Part shown: in pieces, positions 60,401 to 64,000 of the stretch | How positions within the stretch are numbered: position 1 is the stretch's first letter | Layout: the number at the start of each line of letters is the position of its first letter | Source: Azolla caroliniana | Taxonomy: Eukaryota > Plantae > Polypodiophyta | Reading direction: 5' to 3' | Assembly: GCA_043228905.1 (NCBI GenBank) | Contig: JBHGNT010000006.1 | Location: 8,122,001 to 8,186,000, forward strand | DNA: 64,000 nucleotides | Made by a program: the position numbers and the translations under genes | Notes under the pieces: model-generated | What the model saw: only the letters and a program-made list of their open reading frames with translations | The model's database searches: none | What the model was told of the DNA's origin: nothing

Positions 60401-63400
60401 TTATATCTTTGTTTAAACTGCAACCTCTTCCTGTCATTTACTCTCATGGCCTGCATAAATATGTTTTCTTTGATTTATATTGATAACAGATGATGGCAAC
60501 TGCTTGTGAAGAACTCCCGAAAGATGGCATCATTTTTTTGTATTTGTCTGCATTAGGTATGCTCCCTCAATGTTTAAGGCTCTATGCTGTGATTATTATT
60601 TTTCTCCATTTGATATCTCGCCCTACCTTTAATTGAGACTATGCTTTAGTTACTTTCAAAATTATGATTCTACTTTATATTCGTCTGGATTATGTATGTA
60701 CCCTCCTGTCTAAAGCTCTATGCTCTAGTTAATTTTTTTATCATCGTTACATTTTTTATCAATTTGATACCTATCCTCACTGTTTACTTGAGACTGCTCT
60801 TATTATCATGACTCTATCATCTATGTCAGGTGTAAATGCGCTATAATTGATATGGTAATATAACCGCATTGCAGGCAAACCAGTTCGGAGTGGTACAAAC
60901 TCAGTTTCTCTATTGACATCGATGGCATCTTCTAAATTGGATGTAGAATCTGCAAGCCCACTACAGTCTGATGATGCCGTATTATTACGTAGTTGGAAAA
61001 CAGAGGCGATTGCTTTGGAGGCTAACGATTTTTCTCCAGCAAGCTCTCCAGATCCTGTTTCTTCTTCTTCTTCTGTGAATATAACAGTCAAACATGCAGT
61101 CAATCATGATGGACTCTGGTTTGGTTCACGTGGAAGTACAGGTGAATTTTCTCTAGAACAGTTTTGTTTTCATTGGTGCAATTCAGTTGAGAACTTGTTT
61201 TATCTGAATTGCACCAATGGTACAAAAGATTAGTAGCGTTCTGAGTTAATGCTGTAGTGGAACACCAATGCTGGTAGCCCCACGAGAATGTAGCTTTTGT
61301 GTCTCGAATACTAACATTAAAACCAAAATACTATAACAGGTTTGTAGCTGGAAATTTGTTAAAAGAATGTAGATATAAAGATCATATTGTGATACATATG
61401 CATTCTATTTAGTCTTGTGTGGCTCAAGTGGGGTTGTAACTTGTATCTGATGAAAAGGGTGACTAATGGAGATATATTTATCTCGAGTTGAGTGGGCGTA
61501 TGCCAAGAGGAATAAAGATTCACCTGAAGAGTAGGTTGTTGGCATAAGGATTATGTTTTAGTAGCAAGAATGAAAAAATTAGACACCTGATGTTTTATGT
61601 TCACGAATGACAGTTATTGCTACCCTAGGCATATGCCATAGTATATGGACTGTCCTTATGATATTTGAGAGTGATTTGATTCTGTATGAGGGAAATCTAC
61701 TACTTGCTTATGATTGTGCTCCTTTTGATGAAAGTAGGTTTGGCTCCCCCTTTGCCATTAAGGTTTCATGTTATAGCAGTCCATTGGTTATTATTACGGG
61801 GAACTTATCAATATGGGAAGTACCTTTGTTAGTAAGGAGCTTGCTCTCTTTTTTCATCGCCTTTGTAAGCATCATATATTGTTTTGAGACCCACGACATA
61901 TTTTATACTTCTAGTTAATATGTGACTTATGTTCTTGAGTAAATTTTATTTTCCACTTCTCCCTATCATAATTCTAAGATTGGGGCTTATGTGCTATTAA
62001 CAATCATGGTATGGAAATGATATAATGTGCACTAATTTCTGAAGTTTGTCTTTTTTGTTTCTTTCTCAGGTCTAAGCTATTTGTATCCTGCGGATTTGAT
62101 CCCATTCACAAGAAGGCCTCTCTTCATCATCATCGATAGTGATAAGAGTCACTTGTTTGAGGTTATTTATGCTCTTTTTGATGGTTTAGAAATGCAACTA
62201 GTTTTAAATTTAAAGAGTAATTTTCGGAGATGAATGTTTTTGTTTAAATTTGTTGCTTTCCGTACAGGTCATCCATAGTGAAGAGAAGGGGGAACCAGCA
62301 GCGATACTTCTATCCCCTTCTGGAAGGCATGGAGATTTATCGCCGTATCACCATAAAGGAGATGGAAGATTTTTTACATTCTTTCTTACCGCACCATTTT
62401 TAGCTTTTTGCCAATTGGTTAATGTCCCGTTAACATCCTTAGCACCGGTAAAGTTTTTTCATTTTCTTATGACATGTTTTTTTTGTTATGATGGTAGCCA
62501 AAGTTTACTATAAAATCTTGTTTTTTATAAATTTCTCTGACTTAATGTTGGAAGGTTTGTAGATTCTCGTCATGAACCATATTTAGGGAGTAAGGTTACT
62601 ACGAATTATGATACAACCGAAGGTTTTCAGGCTTTTGCATTTATGAATCATAGTACACCGGAAGATCATTTAGACAACGTAAAATTATCTGTTTGTGGGT
62701 AGTATTATCTTTTCTGACAGAAGTTCTTGCTAGCTTCCCCTAGCTAGTTAAGTATAGAAAATAAATGCTCTTAAAGAATTGGAAGTCACCTGGTTAGTTT
62801 CTCTTAGCACCTTGCCTTTGCTTTGAGATGCTTAACTTGGAAAGCTATTTAAAGCTTGTATTGCAGGATGAAAAATTTGTGGTGCGTATCCAGTTATTCA
62901 TTGATTCATGAACATTGAAATAGTTGGTGCTTTATTGGTGAGAAAGTTGCATGGTATTTATGTTTCTTGTCAAATTTACAGATGACACCCATTATCTCGT
63001 CAATGGGTCTATAAAGGTGATTACATTTTGCAAATGAAAGGCAGTGCACTGCATTGTACTTTGCAGCGCAATACCTTGGCTAATTATGGGTTTAATTATT
63101 CTTATTGTTTCCACATTGAGGGTCATTGAAATAGTTGGTGCTTTATTGGTGAGAACGTTGCATGGTATTTATGTTTCTTGTCAAATTTACAGATGACACC
63201 CATTATCTCGTCAATGGGTCTATAAAGGTGATTACATTTGCAAATGAAAGGCAGTGCACTGCATTGTACTTTGCAGTGCAATACCTTGGCTAATTATGGG
63301 TTTAATTATTCTTATTGTTTCCACATTGAGGGTCATTGAACCCAATTTAGGTTCTTCGGTAGGTTGGAGGTTCAAATATTAGGATTGCCATTTCACGCGA

Positions 63401-64000
63401 TTTAACATTAGTCACTTGTTAAGGACTGATTAGCATTAGAGAAGAGGAACTGAGAGGGATAGATGCAATAGAAGCTTGTTATGAACTCATGAAGATGAGG
63501 GTGCCACAACTATACATCAAAGTATACATTTGTTCTTATATACATAAGCAAACACTTCATGCTAAACCCTGGCAATGGTTGTTGCACAAACCTAATATGT
63601 AACATCTATACTAAAACCCTCCCAACCATTGCTGCCAAAATCAAACACAGAACAACTAAACGTCAACGAAGGTAAATTTTTGGCCTGGTTAGAAGTTCTA
63701 AAACCTCTGAAGCGCGTAAAATTTGAGATGTCAACGTGGTTGAATCGCATAGCCGCCTTATTTAAAGTGGTTGACTACACTCCACCATGGACATGATTGT
63801 TAAAGCTTTAGTTGTTACAGTTGTGAAGTGAAGATTGTATCTGAGAAGGAAGATACAGACGAACTGATGGGATTGTGATATTTTTTTCTTTTTTCAGGGT
63901 ACAAGTGAGCAAGTGCAAAAGCTCCTGACTTCTCTAATCGCACATTGGGGAAATACACTATCAGCGGTAGCTTTGAATGTGGTTTGGGTCCGTATAATGT
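57461..64000 (+). CDS. SCAI: SCAI/DUF3550 family protein, partial; exons 57461-57940, 59824-60030, 60149-60358, 60490-60556, 60875-61141, 62070-62161, 62268-62447, 63898->64000
   Basis: In-frame GT-AG exons. Motifs LRDLPLYG, YTRLWKFQQENR..GLKRWEIGEIASRIGQLYY, VKFSELTLDTFR..LEWEP, NPHKYVLYRP, LYPADLIPFTRRPLFIIIDSD and FTFFLTAP. Confidence 0.94.
58619..58918. repeat. About 146-bp tandem duplication in SCAI intron 1
   Basis: CATGTTTTTGTTCTATTTTATGAGCAT..TGTGCTAAATCAAGCCATC.. occurs twice. Confidence 0.93.
62913..63340. repeat. About 210-bp tandem duplication in a SCAI intron, bounded by CATTGAA microhomology
   Basis: CATTGAA at 62913, 63124 and 63334, with near-identical intervening sequence. 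Confidence 0.95.

Overview
Eukaryotic nuclear DNA from a land plant, probably a non-seed plant such as a fern. That call is inferred from the TE families, the PLS-PPR relic and a snoRNA guide that fits non-angiosperm 5.8S rRNA as I recall it. Bases 1-19.1 kb are a nest of LTR retrotransposons. It holds several Ty1/copia relics and solo LTRs, a gag-only non-autonomous LTR element, and a young near-intact chromodomain Ty3/gypsy element (10317-17440) inserted into that element's 5' LTR. Bases 19-27 kb are eroded AT-rich DNA that I could not identify. Three intron-containing genes follow: a BSK-family pseudokinase-TPR gene (+, 29134-34973, 10 coding exons), a pectate lyase-like gene (-, 39027-41652, 5 exons) and a SCAI/DUF3550 homolog (+, from 57461, running off the window). 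Between them lie a 5'-truncated L1 LINE, a gypsy relic, and an RTEX-like LINE split by a solo LTR. The most notable signal missed by the ORF track is a minus-strand cluster of at least three box C/D snoRNA genes at 50.46-51.12 kb. Two are paralogous dual guides predicted to target both 25S rRNA and a 5.8S site. All coordinates were read by eye, and rRNA targets and family names are from memory, not database searches.
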